Source: Halocafeteria seosinensis
Lineage: Eukaryota
Reading direction: 5' to 3'
DNA: 64,000 nt
Assembly: GCA_001687465.1 (NCBI GenBank)
Contig: LVLI01000148.1
Location: 1-64,000 of the forward strand
The notes beneath the pieces are model-generated. The model was not told the origin of the DNA. It saw only the letters and a program-made list of their open reading frames with translations, and made no database searches. Positions 37,668-49,880 of this stretch are shown in pieces. Both the position numbers and the translations under genes were made by a program. The first letter of the stretch is position 1. Every line of letters begins with the position of its first letter.

Positions 37668-38485
37668 GGGGTGGTGACTAGTGGCTGTCTTGGAGTCGTT
37701 GGTCCCGTTAGAGGCTTTATAGGGCGAGTTTGAAGGTCGGATTTGTCGGGAGATTGCTAAAATGAGATGATGAAGCTTGCTATGTTGTTTTTTATGATGC
37801 GGAGCAACTTATTTATAGTATATGCTGGCATGCCGGAGTTGAGCCGGTTTACGGGCGATTATCTCCGCGGGAGAAAAGTCCAAAATCTTGTAGAAAAGAA
37901 ATCAAAAGCGAAAAATGCGCTTTCTTTTATTTTTCTTTACTAGTTCAACGGGGAATGCATATTTGTGGGTTAATGGTAATCTTGTTTATTGTAATTGTGG
38001 TTTAGTGCTATCATAAGTATCTTTGGGACAACTTGGGAGCCTTTTGTTCCGAGAACAGCTTGAACTATCACTGCCCAGACTCCCTGTCCCCAGACTCCTG
38101 TCCGGGTCGAGAACATCAGTGTTGGAAGACCCGCAAGAGCTGTTGGCGATATAAAAGGCGTAATGAGGAAGTGCGATTGAAACGGTAAGTTCATGTGCCC
38201 ACATCCGAGTATCGAGTATGGGAAGAAAACAGACAATCCGAATACATGTATCCTCGAAAAGACAAAAAGGGCTGTGGATTTGTTTGGGGGACTCACAGAC
38301 AAAATGAGAAACAGTATAGGAATATACGGTATATTATTTACTGTTCTGGGTCTACTAGGACTGAGTGATAGCTTCTTTTCTTCAACTTGTACGTCGCAGC
38401 GCACGATACCGTACCAGTATACTGGGTATTCTGTTCTACTCTTCTACTGTGCGTCCAACGTAGCTACCGTTCGGAGAGAGGAAAA

Positions 38486-40886
38486 ATGGCTTCAACAGAA
38501 ACACTGAAAGCAAATTCTGGTAGCCACCTCGAAAAACCGTGGTGGAAAAAGGCTGACTTTCTGCTTCTCGATCCGGAGGCACACGAAAAAGAAAAAATGG
38601 CCACACAGTCAACCGTCGGTTCGGTAGTGTCGTTTGCGGTGGTCATATCTTTTTCCGTCTACTTAGGAGTTCTAATAAGCCAGAATGAGGACATGCCTCC
38701 CACAGTCAATACAACAATGGAACCTGCCGCATTACAGCAGCCGAAAAATCTGACCGTTGCATCCAGCAACAGCCTATATCTGCTAAACGGAAGCACGATG
38801 CCTGGAATGCAGTGTGGCCAGGAAGCGGTGGATTCTCTTCACGAAACCCAATCCACGATCCCCGTTTGCCCGAACACGCTAGTAGGGGCAGCCTTCACAG
38901 CACCGGAGACTAGCTCCAGGTTAGTGATCTCTGAGGAGGGGAGAGACGTTGGTTTCCCCGACTTGACTGAAGCCAACAAAGTCTTGGGTGCCCATGTTGC
39001 TCACAATGGGGACTTCATCCTTCTCCAGGAACGTGGTAAGGATGGGTTCCCAGATACCGCATCCTTGGAGCTTCTTGTTTTCAGAAGCGATTCCCAGGAG
39101 TGGAATAGCATAGATACGCCTGAGTCGTTGGATTTACACGAGAGTTTTGGGATCGGGGACATCCCTCTGGCACTGCCCCAAGTACAAACGATACCGGTAT
39201 CTGGGGAGAGTGGGTACCTAGTGTGTGCTACTAGAACTAGCTTGCCGGGATTTGGTCTGAAAAGAACAGATGGGATGTGGAAACTGTCAGAAATATTGCA
39301 AGTCAGCTCCATGACCCTGCTAGGTGGTGAGCTAATCGTGGGGGCGAGAAACAAAAGCGACGAGCATTTTCATATTGGAGCCATGGATACCTCGAGCAGC
39401 TTTGAAAGTCCCCATTTCGACATCGACATACTCTTCCCCGATCTACACTTTCAATTCGTGTACAACTTTACTACGTGGGGTAGAGACTTAGTTGTAGCTG
39501 GTACACTCCAAGAGCAACAACCATCGGACATGAAGGTGCTTGTCCTGAATATGAACAGTAGGAGGGTCTCAACAAGCCTTGACTTGTTCGATACCACTTC
39601 GAATCTTTGGAACGAGCCGCGTTCAATATTGCTTGCTACCAGTAAAACTAGCTTGTTTATCGCTGGAACTTTTAGTGGTGCGAAGAAGGAGGGTGATGAA
39701 GCCATTGAACCAGCCTTGAAGTATGCTATAATGTGGGATGGAGAAAACCTCAGTAGTCTGCACAACGATAGGCTACTCGTTCCACCTAGTTCCTTGTCGC
39801 TCTACGGTTCTACTGTCGTAGTTACTGGGGACCTCGAACGGCAAGGATCAAACTGTATTCAATGCGTCCTAAGATATGAAAACTCGATGCAGGGACTCAC
39901 AGTTATCGGAGCCCCTAGCAGTAGCACTACAAGCGGACATGACTTTACCCTTTCTCCACACATCTGCTTTGGTCTTCCAAAGGCTTACAATATAGGTTGC
40001 ATCGGAACGTTCACGGAATTCGAAGGTATTCGATCCAACGGAGTGGTCCAGTACAAGGATGGCGAATGGAAGAGTCTTGTACCTTTCTACGATGTATGGA
40101 CCTTAGATTTAAAGTCCGAACAAAATCAAATCTCCTACATTTTTGGTAAACCATCAAGTCGCTCTCAAACTCTGCAGCTACCCCCTTCAAATTATGCTTC
40201 AGCCTAGTATTTTGGGCGGAAGCAACAGTGCATTAAAGGCAAACGCTTTTACGTTAGCCCTGGAAGCGGTTCATGACCGGACAACCGATGACCGATTCGG
40301 TGTTATACGGTCCAGTCTTCCTAGGAGCATCAACACAGGAGAAGACGACGACTTCATCGTCAGTGGAAAGGGGAGAGGAACGTGCAGCCCATCAAAACGA
40401 ATGCTCTTCCTACGGCAAGAAAAGACTACGGAAGACCCCCTATGTTGCTTTGACAGCGGACCAGATGCAATCGAAGATATGAAGAGTCAATGTAAGCATA
40501 GTGTTCCAGCGAGGAGACTTGTAGCCGCTCATGACACCTGGCCAGTGCTTATGGTGAACACGGATGAAAGCGGAAACAGACGGTGGGTTGTCCTCGGGAA
40601 TACCCCATCGGATTTTTCACTCGTGTATTTCGAAGGCTTTCCACAAACCATCAATCGGGAAATTACATCTAACAAACAAAGTGTAGCTGCACTCTTTGGA
40701 CAAGCTGCCGGCTTGGTCGGATTACTAACTACCATTGGAGCCGTCCTGAAAAACACTGTTGACAGAAGCCTATTGAAGAGTGAAACAACTGCCGACCAGA
40801 AGACCCAAGAAGAACACGGTGACTCTGGTGCTGTCGCTGTGGCAATAAACCCGATTAGCAGATCCGAAAATAACAGAGGTTACTGA
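38486..40886 (+). CDS. Two-TM membrane protein with a large propeller-like ectodomain; frame break near 40094-40202
   Basis: N-terminal TM STVGSVVSFAVVISFSVYLGVLIS, propeller-like blades (LFIAGTFSG, IGTFTEFEGIRSNGVVQYKDGEWKSL), N-glycosylation sequons and C-terminal TM VAALFGQAAGLVGLLTTIGAVL in a second frame. Confidence 0.75.
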
Positions 40887-42288
40887 GCGTGCATGTAATG
40901 CACGCTGTATAAAACTTGAGCTTTGTGTACCCGTTTATCCACAATCTTCCCCACGGCATCCAGAAATTGGACAAAACATCCTGGGATGCTATTTTGGATC
41001 GCCTCCCAGAAAATTTGCAATTGTGCAACTGTGCCTAAGCCCGTTACTGGTCCGGTCTTTACAGAGCGAAGTTTGGGATTCCATGCCGGATTTGCTAAAA
41101 ATACTTTCAAACTGGATTACACTCTACTTCAACTTGCACCTGTTCGATTCTCAAGTTCATTTGAATCCACTTAGTAGGTGTTTGTCTGTGCAAAGTACAC
41201 ATTTATGGTCAATGAGTTCTTCGGGGCTGCGTATATTTTTCTTCATGGCTCTGTAAATTTGGAGACGCGATGCAACTCGTACGAGCCGCGTCTACAACAC
41301 TACAACCAGACGTAAACTACTGTACGCACAGACCGCGACACTAGATAAACCTAGAGAGAAGGCACCATTAAAAATCTTCGCCATTAACAAGTTTTCTCGG
41401 TTGGACTTCCCCAATTATACTGGGTAATTGCAACTTGCCTACTGCTGCGAGTCCGTGGCTGTCTGTATTAGTGTTCACATGACGAGTTCTGCACTACCAG
41501 CGCTCCATTTGCACTGATTTTTTATAAGATGCTTGAACGAGATCAATACCCACTCTGGAGGCCATGGACTCATATCAGTCCCTCATATGGCAACTGTATC
41601 CGTTCAGTAGTAAATATCCATTCTCAAGATCAGTCCTCCAGGGGCTCTGTCTGATTCAACCCTACACTAATTCGTGACTGCTGTTCATGCTGCCGTTCTC
41701 GCCCTATTTGCTGCGCCAATTCGGGTTAAACAGTGGGTTTTACAAGTAATACAAGTTTCAACACGAAATTGCCCCATGGTTGGTGTGAAGTTCCGTGTGA
41801 AGGTGTTGTTAACGGCTGCGCGCGTTCCACGGTTTACAGGGGGTTTTCCCAGCTAAATGAGTGATAACCGGATTGCTAATTTCGCTTGCCATGATCTGTA
41901 TGGGAGGTGCAAATTCAGCCTGAATTCCGACGTACTGTGGTGACGTGAAAACTGTGTAATCTTGAGGAGACGTATTTTGTTTTGGCGCCATGGCAGACAC
42001 TTCCATCTACCAAGAAGACGATTCAGCCGTCTTTGATGAAGGTCCCGATAATGGCGCTTATGGAGATGAGGTGAGTAATAAAACTGGTATAAGTTGCCTA
42101 AGGCGTTGATGGGAATGGTCCATTGTTTAATTGAGCTGCAGAACTTTGCGGACAATGATCAGGTGCTCCAGGAAAACAATAAGTAAGCTAAAGGCCTCCG
42201 AAACATGCTAAATCATTTCGACTTTCATGAAGTAACACTTGTGGGTTTTTACTCCTGCAATTTTGAGAACAGGTTGGACACAAGCTTG

Positions 42289-45279
42289 ATGGACACATCA
42301 ACGGAGCATTTGCCGACTAAAAAGCTTAGCTTCAATAGCATCCAAGAGACCCCCTTCCGGAAAATCCAGCGTATGAAAGAAGAGGAAGACAGCAGTGATG
42401 ATGACGACGAGAAAGAAGAGCATGAAGAACGTGAGGGAGAAGAAGAGGATAACAATGAGGAAGAAGGGGAAACAGAGGATGAAAATAGGAACCCTGAAGA
42501 GACTCAAGGGCTCCAGGAAAACGGCAAGAGACAGAGAACAACTACAACCAAAACGGACGGTTCGACTAGCGAAGCGGACAGTGAAAACCAAAAGGCATTG
42601 GAAGTGTTTCTTCGTATTCGTCCACGTGTCACGGCTGAAGCAGGTGTTCAAAGCATATTTTCGGTTGCAAACGACAGGACTATTGGAGTAAAAGCCCCCC
42701 AAGTAGGTGTAATCATTGTAGTAACTCGTATGTTAACTACAACCGACGACTAAATGTTTTTGCAGGAATCTGTTGCTCATCGAGAAAGGGGAAATCAGAC
42801 CTACTTCACGTTTAATCGAGTCTTTGACGAGAACGCGTCTCAAGGTGACTTGTTTACCGAAGTGGTGCGGCCCAAAGTCGACTCGTGTGTTGCCGATGGA
42901 AAGAACTTGCTATTATTCGCCTACGGGATGACTAATTCAGGAAAGACGTACACCATTGCTGGAACCGAAACATCGCCGGGTCTATTACCAAGAACTCTAT
43001 CTCATCTCTTCCGGACGCATCTAGCAAGCGAAGAAGAAACAGAGAGATTCTCCGTCGAGGTTTCCTATTGTGAAATCTACAACGAGCAACTCTTCGATCT
43101 GCTATCTGGGGCTCGAGGTAACAACAATGGTGGAAACACCCTTAGAAGAGCTCCACCTCGAGGAGGAGGAGGAGGCTCGTCTAATTCTCTCAAGATTCGG
43201 CAGGATAAGGAAGGTCGAACATACGTGCAAGGACTGCGCAACTTGAAAGTTTCTGATGCGCGCACTGCTCTCAGTCTATTTGCAGAGGGGCAGAAGAACA
43301 AACATATGGCCGAAACCAGCCTCAACAGGGATTCTTCGCGATCCCACGCTATCTTCACTATAACTGTTTTCGACAGCCATACAAATGTAAGCGCTCAGAA
43401 CAGGAAGGTACAAACGCGAATCAACTTAGTTGACTTGGCCGGCTCTGAACGAGCACGTCGAACACAAGCCACCGGCACTGCGCTGAAGGAAGCAGGTAAA
43501 ATCAATAATTCTCTATCAGTTCTCGGGCGATGCTTGGATTCTCTGCGAAATAACTCCAATCAGACAGAAGTAATGAAGCGAATTCCTTTCCGCGAAAGTA
43601 GACTAACGGAGCTGTTTTCAGACCATTTGGCGGGAGCCAAACCAGGCTACACAATAATGCTGCTCAACACTGGACCGGCACCACTGGACTACGATGAAAC
43701 AATGCAAGCGCTAAAATACGGAGTTTCTGCTTCAGAGATAAGAGTAACAGCCACTCGCACGAGCATTTCAAAGGAAAGCAACTTGTATAACTACGATGGT
43801 CATAGGATTCGGAAGGGCGGAAAAGGATCCACAGCAGGTGCACCAAAACCGGCTATTACAAGAAGGACACGTGCCCAAAAGCGATCGCTGATGAACAGCG
43901 GATCCGAAAATGAAGAACCGACGAAAAAACGGGCCACTGATAATTTCCGTATAGATAAGCGCCGTCAGGGTGAATCTCAAGGAACTAGTAGTGAGGGCGG
44001 TGAGACTGCGGGATACAGCAAGGAGGAGTTCGAAAAGCAGCTAAATGAGGAAGTTGAACGGGTGCTAGCTGAAGAGCGAGAAAAATGGGAAAATGAAAAA
44101 CAGCAACTCAATTCCCAGATAGACAACCTACAAGAGGAAAATGAAGAATTATCTGGGAAGGTTCAACAGTTGGAGAGCGAAATGGCTGAGCTCGAGGCTG
44201 ACATTCGTGCTGAAGTGAGTGAGGAGATGGCCGAAAGATTGAGAGCACTAGAAGAGGAGTACGACTCGTCTAGGCAAGAAGAATCTAATGCGGCGGAGCA
44301 ACGTATGCAAAGGAAGATGTACGTCAAAGAAAAGCTCACAACAGGTTTCGTCAGAAAGACTGCAAGTAGACTGTTGGGCCGTTTGTCTTCAAATTCTACC
44401 ACAACCAATGACTCCAGCCAATGCGAGCGACGCGAACGAAAAAGCAGAGCCTCGGACGGCTCCAGTTCTCGGTCTTCTTCCGTGGTTCCGGAGGACCGCG
44501 CTGCTCTCGAGCAGCAAGTTGCGGAATTGCAGGAGCAGCTTCAAGAATGCGAATCAGAATTAGACAGAACTAAGGAGACGCTATATGCCACTCAAGAAAG
44601 GTTTCAGCGTGTTGTAGAAGAGAAAGGAGATCTGCAGCGGAAACTTGAGTACGCGGACAAAGAAAATGGTGAAGATGCGGAGGATCCCGCGGAAGAGGAC
44701 ACCAGTCAGAACTACCTAGGAGATAAACCTGTAAGGAGAGCGCGACCACCCCCTACCCCAGAAAATAAGCAGCAGCAATCCAGCAATCGGAAACAATCTC
44801 GAGAATCTTCCCAAGGTGCATCACGGAATTCAAAATCGAGACAGAAACCATATGTTGTCTCTTCGTCCATGTCTAGTCAAGGATCTCAATCCAACGCAAC
44901 GAAACGTAATGAAGAGCAGGCCCAAGTAAGCGTGCCTACACATAACAAGGAATGGTATGTTCGCAACACAAACGCACCGAAGGTAAAGAAGACCTACGGT
45001 AGCAATACGGTAGCTTCTCAGCAAAAGAAGGTATCAGTGGCTGAAAACAATCTTCCTCCTCTTCCAAAAGATGAAGAGTTACAAGAGGAGTCAGAGGATT
45101 CCGAAGATGAGGACGGTGAGCAACAGAAGGAGGAGCTAAACCATACGCAGAGTACCCAGGAGACTTCAAACGGCATAGAGACTGCGCCTGCACAGTCACC
45201 TCAGGTGGAAACCAAGAAGACCACTGCCCCGCAGACCTCGATCGCGGCAAGGGTAAGAAGAAGAAGGAAAGGAGACTAA
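42289..45279 (+). CDS. Kinesin motor protein, probably kinesin-6 (KIF20/KIF23/MKLP-like)
   Basis: VFLRIRP, intron 42703-42765, P-loop AYGMTNSGKT, SSRSH, DLAGSE, PFRESRLT and a coiled-coil stalk. Confidence 0.93.
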
Positions 45280-45394
45280 GTGTAGGCGTAAACAAACAAT
45301 GTACACCCGTGAGTATTGAGATGGAGTAACTACATTTAAATCGCTAGTGGTGCGCCTCTCACCGAGCGTCGGCGGAACACATCAGGCAACGTCC

Positions 45395-46850
45395 TTATGA
45401 TACCTCCGCTGAGCCTTCTGCTGAACCACTCTCCTCAACTGACGGAGGCATTTTATTAGCATTAGAAATTTCTCGTTGAGCTGCGCGTTTCACATCGGTC
45501 GCTACGCTCTCCCATACAGTCGCAATTGCTTCATCCACCTCCGCATTAGCGATTGAAAAGTCTAGGATCAACCTCTCAAAATCCTGCACATGCATCTTAC
45601 GGAACCTTTCTATTTCACCTAAAACGGCCTTTGAAGTCTCTGATAGCTTTTTCTTGCACTCTTGTGCTGCCTCTTCTGCTGTATTTACGTCTCGCTGTGC
45701 CTGCTCAGCTTGTTCGCCACCTTGCACTTTCTGTAAGTACGTCTTCTTCTGCTCTAGATTTTTCATAGCATCACCGTATTCTTGCTTGCTTGCATGTCTC
45801 GTCTCAAAAAGTTCGCAAGCCGAATGAACGAGCCTCTCCGCATCCGCAATATCTTCTACGAACCATTTTAAACTACCTTCCGACTGCAACGCTCAGCATT
45901 TTCAAAATATAGTCATCGTCCGATGAACAGTAGTACTACGCTCCGCGAAACACATACCAGTAGCGCCTTAAACTGTGCTACCCGCTCAGAGGCATTTCCA
46001 ACTAGGTACAATGCCTCGCCGAGGGCATCTCCTTCCGAACTACTCAATCTTCTATAAGACTCACCAAACTCGGTGCACAGTCGTGATAATTCACCTTCTT
46101 TATCAAGCATAGTACTCGACTGTTCCCTTAAGCCCTTTAACACGGGTTTCAAACCACTAATGTGGTTTTCTAACTCGCTGAATGACAGGTCCTCCGGAGT
46201 CTGGGAGACATAAGCTTGATTGCCAACCCTGGAAATCAGTACGGGTGGATGATCTTCCCAAGTGCAAGTGAGACAAGCAAAAGCACGCACCTCTTTGCAA
46301 CAGATTTCGCCGCAGCACTCATCATCCCAAAAAATTTGGATTTCCCTTTCGATCTAGCAGAATTAACGCTCTCTTTATACTGCCCAAACTGAGGGTCTCC
46401 TAAGATCAAGAATTTGTGGAAATACTCTGTACATCAACAAATCTGGTGGTACACGTGGGAGCGAGGCAAGAACTCGTCCATCATACCTGATTCACGCAGA
46501 ACTTCGTGTTCCACACATCGGTCCAAGAATCGCTGTAGTCCCCGCCGTCGAATCTCAATGAAATCTTCATTGAATCGCCCAATCACCTGTTTATCCGGGA
46601 GCGGTGGGACGAGTGTGCAGGGGAACGCATGTTTCAGCGCATTTTTCAGCCATTCAAAATCCGAGTATCGCCTCCACACGCCAGTTTCCTCTCCACCGGC
46701 GCCCCATTCAGCCACTAAAGACCCCCTTGCAAGTACACAGTAGGTCACATACGAACTCACGCCCTCCCCGCGCTTCTGCGAGTCGCTGACAAAGACCTCC
46801 AGATCAGATCTGTGCGGTCTCGTACTTAATTGAGCCACAGCTGCCGACAT
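45395..46850 (-). CDS. Sorting nexin, PX-BAR (SNX1/2/Vps5-like)
   Basis: PX motifs VWRRYSDFEWL, VPPLPDKQ and FIEIRRRGLQRFL; BAR tail EIERFRK. Confidence 0.92.
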
Positions 46851-47148
46851 GGTCAAGCATACAGGAGAAAATGAAGCAGAACCAAAAGGTACCGTCGAAT
46901 AAAAGGAATGCACTACTGATCAGCAATACCATGCAGTACAAAGGAGCTACGGGAACCTTCAACTTGAGCGTCCGGTTGAAGTACCCTTTGCCTAGCGGCG
47001 GCGAGGCCCATGATTAGTGATACTATCGTGTGCTATGAGGTTAGAGAGCCGATTCGTGAAAAAAAAAAGGATCTGGTGTGTACTATATTGACTTTTTGGT
47101 TACGTTTGCTTGATATAAAAGGACAAACTACAGAACGCAACTCGAAAT

Positions 47149-48684
47149 CTATCTAGAAGTAGCATTGTCCGAAGCACCAGAAGTGGCTGCCTCACCCATA
47201 GCCATCAAGATAGTAGCCGATGACAAGTCGATAGAACGATCATCAACGTCGATCATCAAACCTCCAACGAGATTTTTGTCAGTTACAAACTCAACGTCCA
47301 TCTCTTTTTTATTCTCCGGAAGATACTTTTTCACAGCATTTTGAACTTCCTTCTTCTGTTCATCAGTTAGATCAACAGCGCTCTCAACGCGCACTTTGGC
47401 CATTGTGGAGGCAGATTGGATGATTTCATCAAAAGACTCGACGAGTTTCGATATGAGATGGAGATCTCCCGCATTGGCCATGGCTTCGAGGATATTTGTA
47501 GCTTCCTTGGACAGTTTTAGTTTCTTGATAGCCTTGCGAGCATCGCTCCACATCTTCATGCCTTCTTCATCAGCTGCAAAATGCCAGCATACACATACAA
47601 GGAGTCATATGGCCAAATGACGAACAGAAACACCAAACTCATGTCACGTACCCAAGAAGTATTCTCTTAGCTCGTCATCCTGAATCGAGTTCAGATCGTT
47701 GAGCTTCACATCTTCGGTTAGAAGAAGATTCAAAGCCTGTATAGTTTCCTTAGGGAGATAGTCTGGTTCGAAAAAAAACCTATGGATAGAGTAGTCACAA
47801 TCGCGGACAATATTCCAGAAAGACTGCAAACGAAGAAGCACAACCGTCAAGAACTTGAGTGTAGCAATTCATTCGCTCCCAATACGAACTTTGATTTCTC
47901 CGGATACTTTCTCCAGGCCTTTCATAGGATTGGATTTATTCTGTTCAGCTGCACGCACGTATGCAAGCTCCGCGTATTCGGCGTGGGCACCGCCGATGTT
48001 AATCGGCAGCGTTGGTCCACTTTCTGCCTCATCCTTGACTCTGGAATCTATCGAGTCTATCATCTTGTTTAAGTCTGCGTAAACACAGGGAAAGACCCAA
48101 ATAAGCCCATTGAACCAAAACATGCGCAAAAATGCCAACATACCATCGTCTGAACCTGCTTTAGAAATGATATCAGTTAACGAAGGCTCTTGTGCTTCTT
48201 TCTCTCCACCAGCCGGCGCCTTTCCGCCGGATGCTTTCCTCCCACGGCGTGCTTTGGGACGGGTGGTAGATGCGGTCGAAAACTGCAGTCATAACATAAT
48301 GCCACGAGGTTATATATGAGTATAAAGATGTTCGGTACCACTCTCACAAGCCTGTTCCAAGCACAAACAGCGTAGCAAGAAGCCACCCAAATGACTCATG
48401 AGCACGACAATTCGTTGACAGGATGTAGCAGTCCCTGATAAATCTTTCCACCTTTGTGCTGCTGCATATAGAGCTCTCGTTGGCCCTAAATGATGAAAGA
48501 TGCCAGCCTACTTCCTTGCTCCCCTATGGTCCCCTACCCGGTTGTCCGGCCACACCCGGCGCCCAAGGGGCCAGACAGTCCCCGAGGCTTTTTGTTCCTT
48601 ACTTACAGTAGCTAAAGGAGAGGCTCCTCGTAAAGAGGTTAGCCTCAATGTACTCGATAGAAATCGGCGTGCAGGATTCATCAT
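47149..48684 (-). CDS. ATP5PO: Mitochondrial ATP synthase OSCP (delta/subunit O), about 332 aa in 5 exons
   Basis: Presequence MMNPARRFLSSTLRLTSLR; C-terminal VESAVDL...VTDKNLVGGLMIDVDDRSIDLS. Exons 48684-48607, 48282-48144, 48074-47890, 47823-47652 and 47573-47149 are phase-consistent. Confidence 0.85.
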
Positions 48685-49000
48685 ACTAGTTATCGTTAAA
48701 GCGGAAATATTCGACTGTGCTTTTGTCCTTCCCAATCGTTCACTACGGCGATAATCTACTGCTCCAGCACGTACAGCGAGACGTTCCGGACCGAAAACCG
48801 GACCGAAAGACCCGAAATACACGCAGGAATCGTGAGCTTTTGCAGTTGGTCCTTTGTCGATATTAATCGTAAGAGATAAGCATTTATGAATCACGGTAGT
48901 ATCATTATATATCCCAAAGTCGTGGCGAGTTGTCTTGGTGGAACACATTTGAATCAATTGTATACATGGTATCCTGACTGGGTACCACTGGTACCAATTA

Positions 49001-49162
49001 CATACATACACACATATGTGACAATAGCCCCCGCCCAAGGGAGTTGACCGCATCGGAGCGGTATACGCCCGTGTTAAGCAGCGACGGGCCCGCTGTTTCG
49101 GCAGCCTCGCTGACGTGCGCCGTGAGGGAACGCAACACTGGTTTTGCTCAGGAGGCATCGGG
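49001..49162 (-). mobile_element. Diverged copy of the (TG)n-tailed repeat family
   Basis: catacatacacacatatgtgacaatagccccc... followed by blocks nearly identical to 36106-36178. No clear TSD. Confidence 0.7.
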
Positions 49163-49880
49163 CATGTGGACTATCTGCTCGGCTGAAAAACAAAAGTAAG
49201 TAAAACGGGCGCTAAGCGATCATCCGTAGATAGCCAGGAGAACCATAGCGCTACGACAAAGCAGTTCAGTGCTGTGAGCCAGATGGAAGGTATTTTGTTG
49301 CTATCCAGACTTCGTTGCAGTGTGACACACAGTGTCACACACGCAGGTACATTTGGACTGGGTAAGCCACTGTATGGAATACGGCGCGCGTGCATTTCGG
49401 GAACGCACAGCGAGAAGCGATACCCGAATTGTTGGCACTCAGTATTTCTTTGAGGAGATTCACTTCAAAGCGATAAAACTACCATCACTTCAAGTGGCTG
49501 TATGATCGCTGTAGACTACAACTAGTCTACAAGTAACCTGCCGGACTTCGGCAGACTTCAACAAATAGCAAGCGGATATTGTGTAATGCCATTTGAATTG
49601 TCAAGGCTGGCCTGTACAAGGACAAAAGCTTCCCCGAATTGAATTGGATTTCCTCAAGGATCTTGCCTCTCGAATTCTCTGTAGAGCTCTCGTGTGGCGC
49701 TCCAGTTTTTTCGTGTGTATTGGTATTGCTCCTACCGGAAGACGTGCCTGCTACAGGCTACGCTACGCCGTGTGAGGGGTGAACCCTACCCGGAATCGGT
49801 CCAACATCTTCACGTTGTGGCGCATCAACGTGACTGAACGTTTGGCCGTCATCAGCTTGCGGAAATTCTTCGCCCTGAAA

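Noticed and set aside
37765..37850. Box C/D snoRNA (gATGATGA)
   Set aside because: No box D or terminal stem found.
38170..38300. GRF zinc-finger-like YPRKDKKGCGFVW fragment
   Set aside because: Metal ligands are incomplete and the frame is interrupted by a stop; may be chance.
48488..48590. Box C/D snoRNA (ATGATGA at 48490)
   Set aside because: It is antisense to the host intron and has no canonical CUGA box D.
49055..49162. Hammerhead ribozyme in the repeat (GAAA and ctgac motifs, UUCG hairpin)
   Set aside because: No CUGANGA core with correctly placed stems on either strand.
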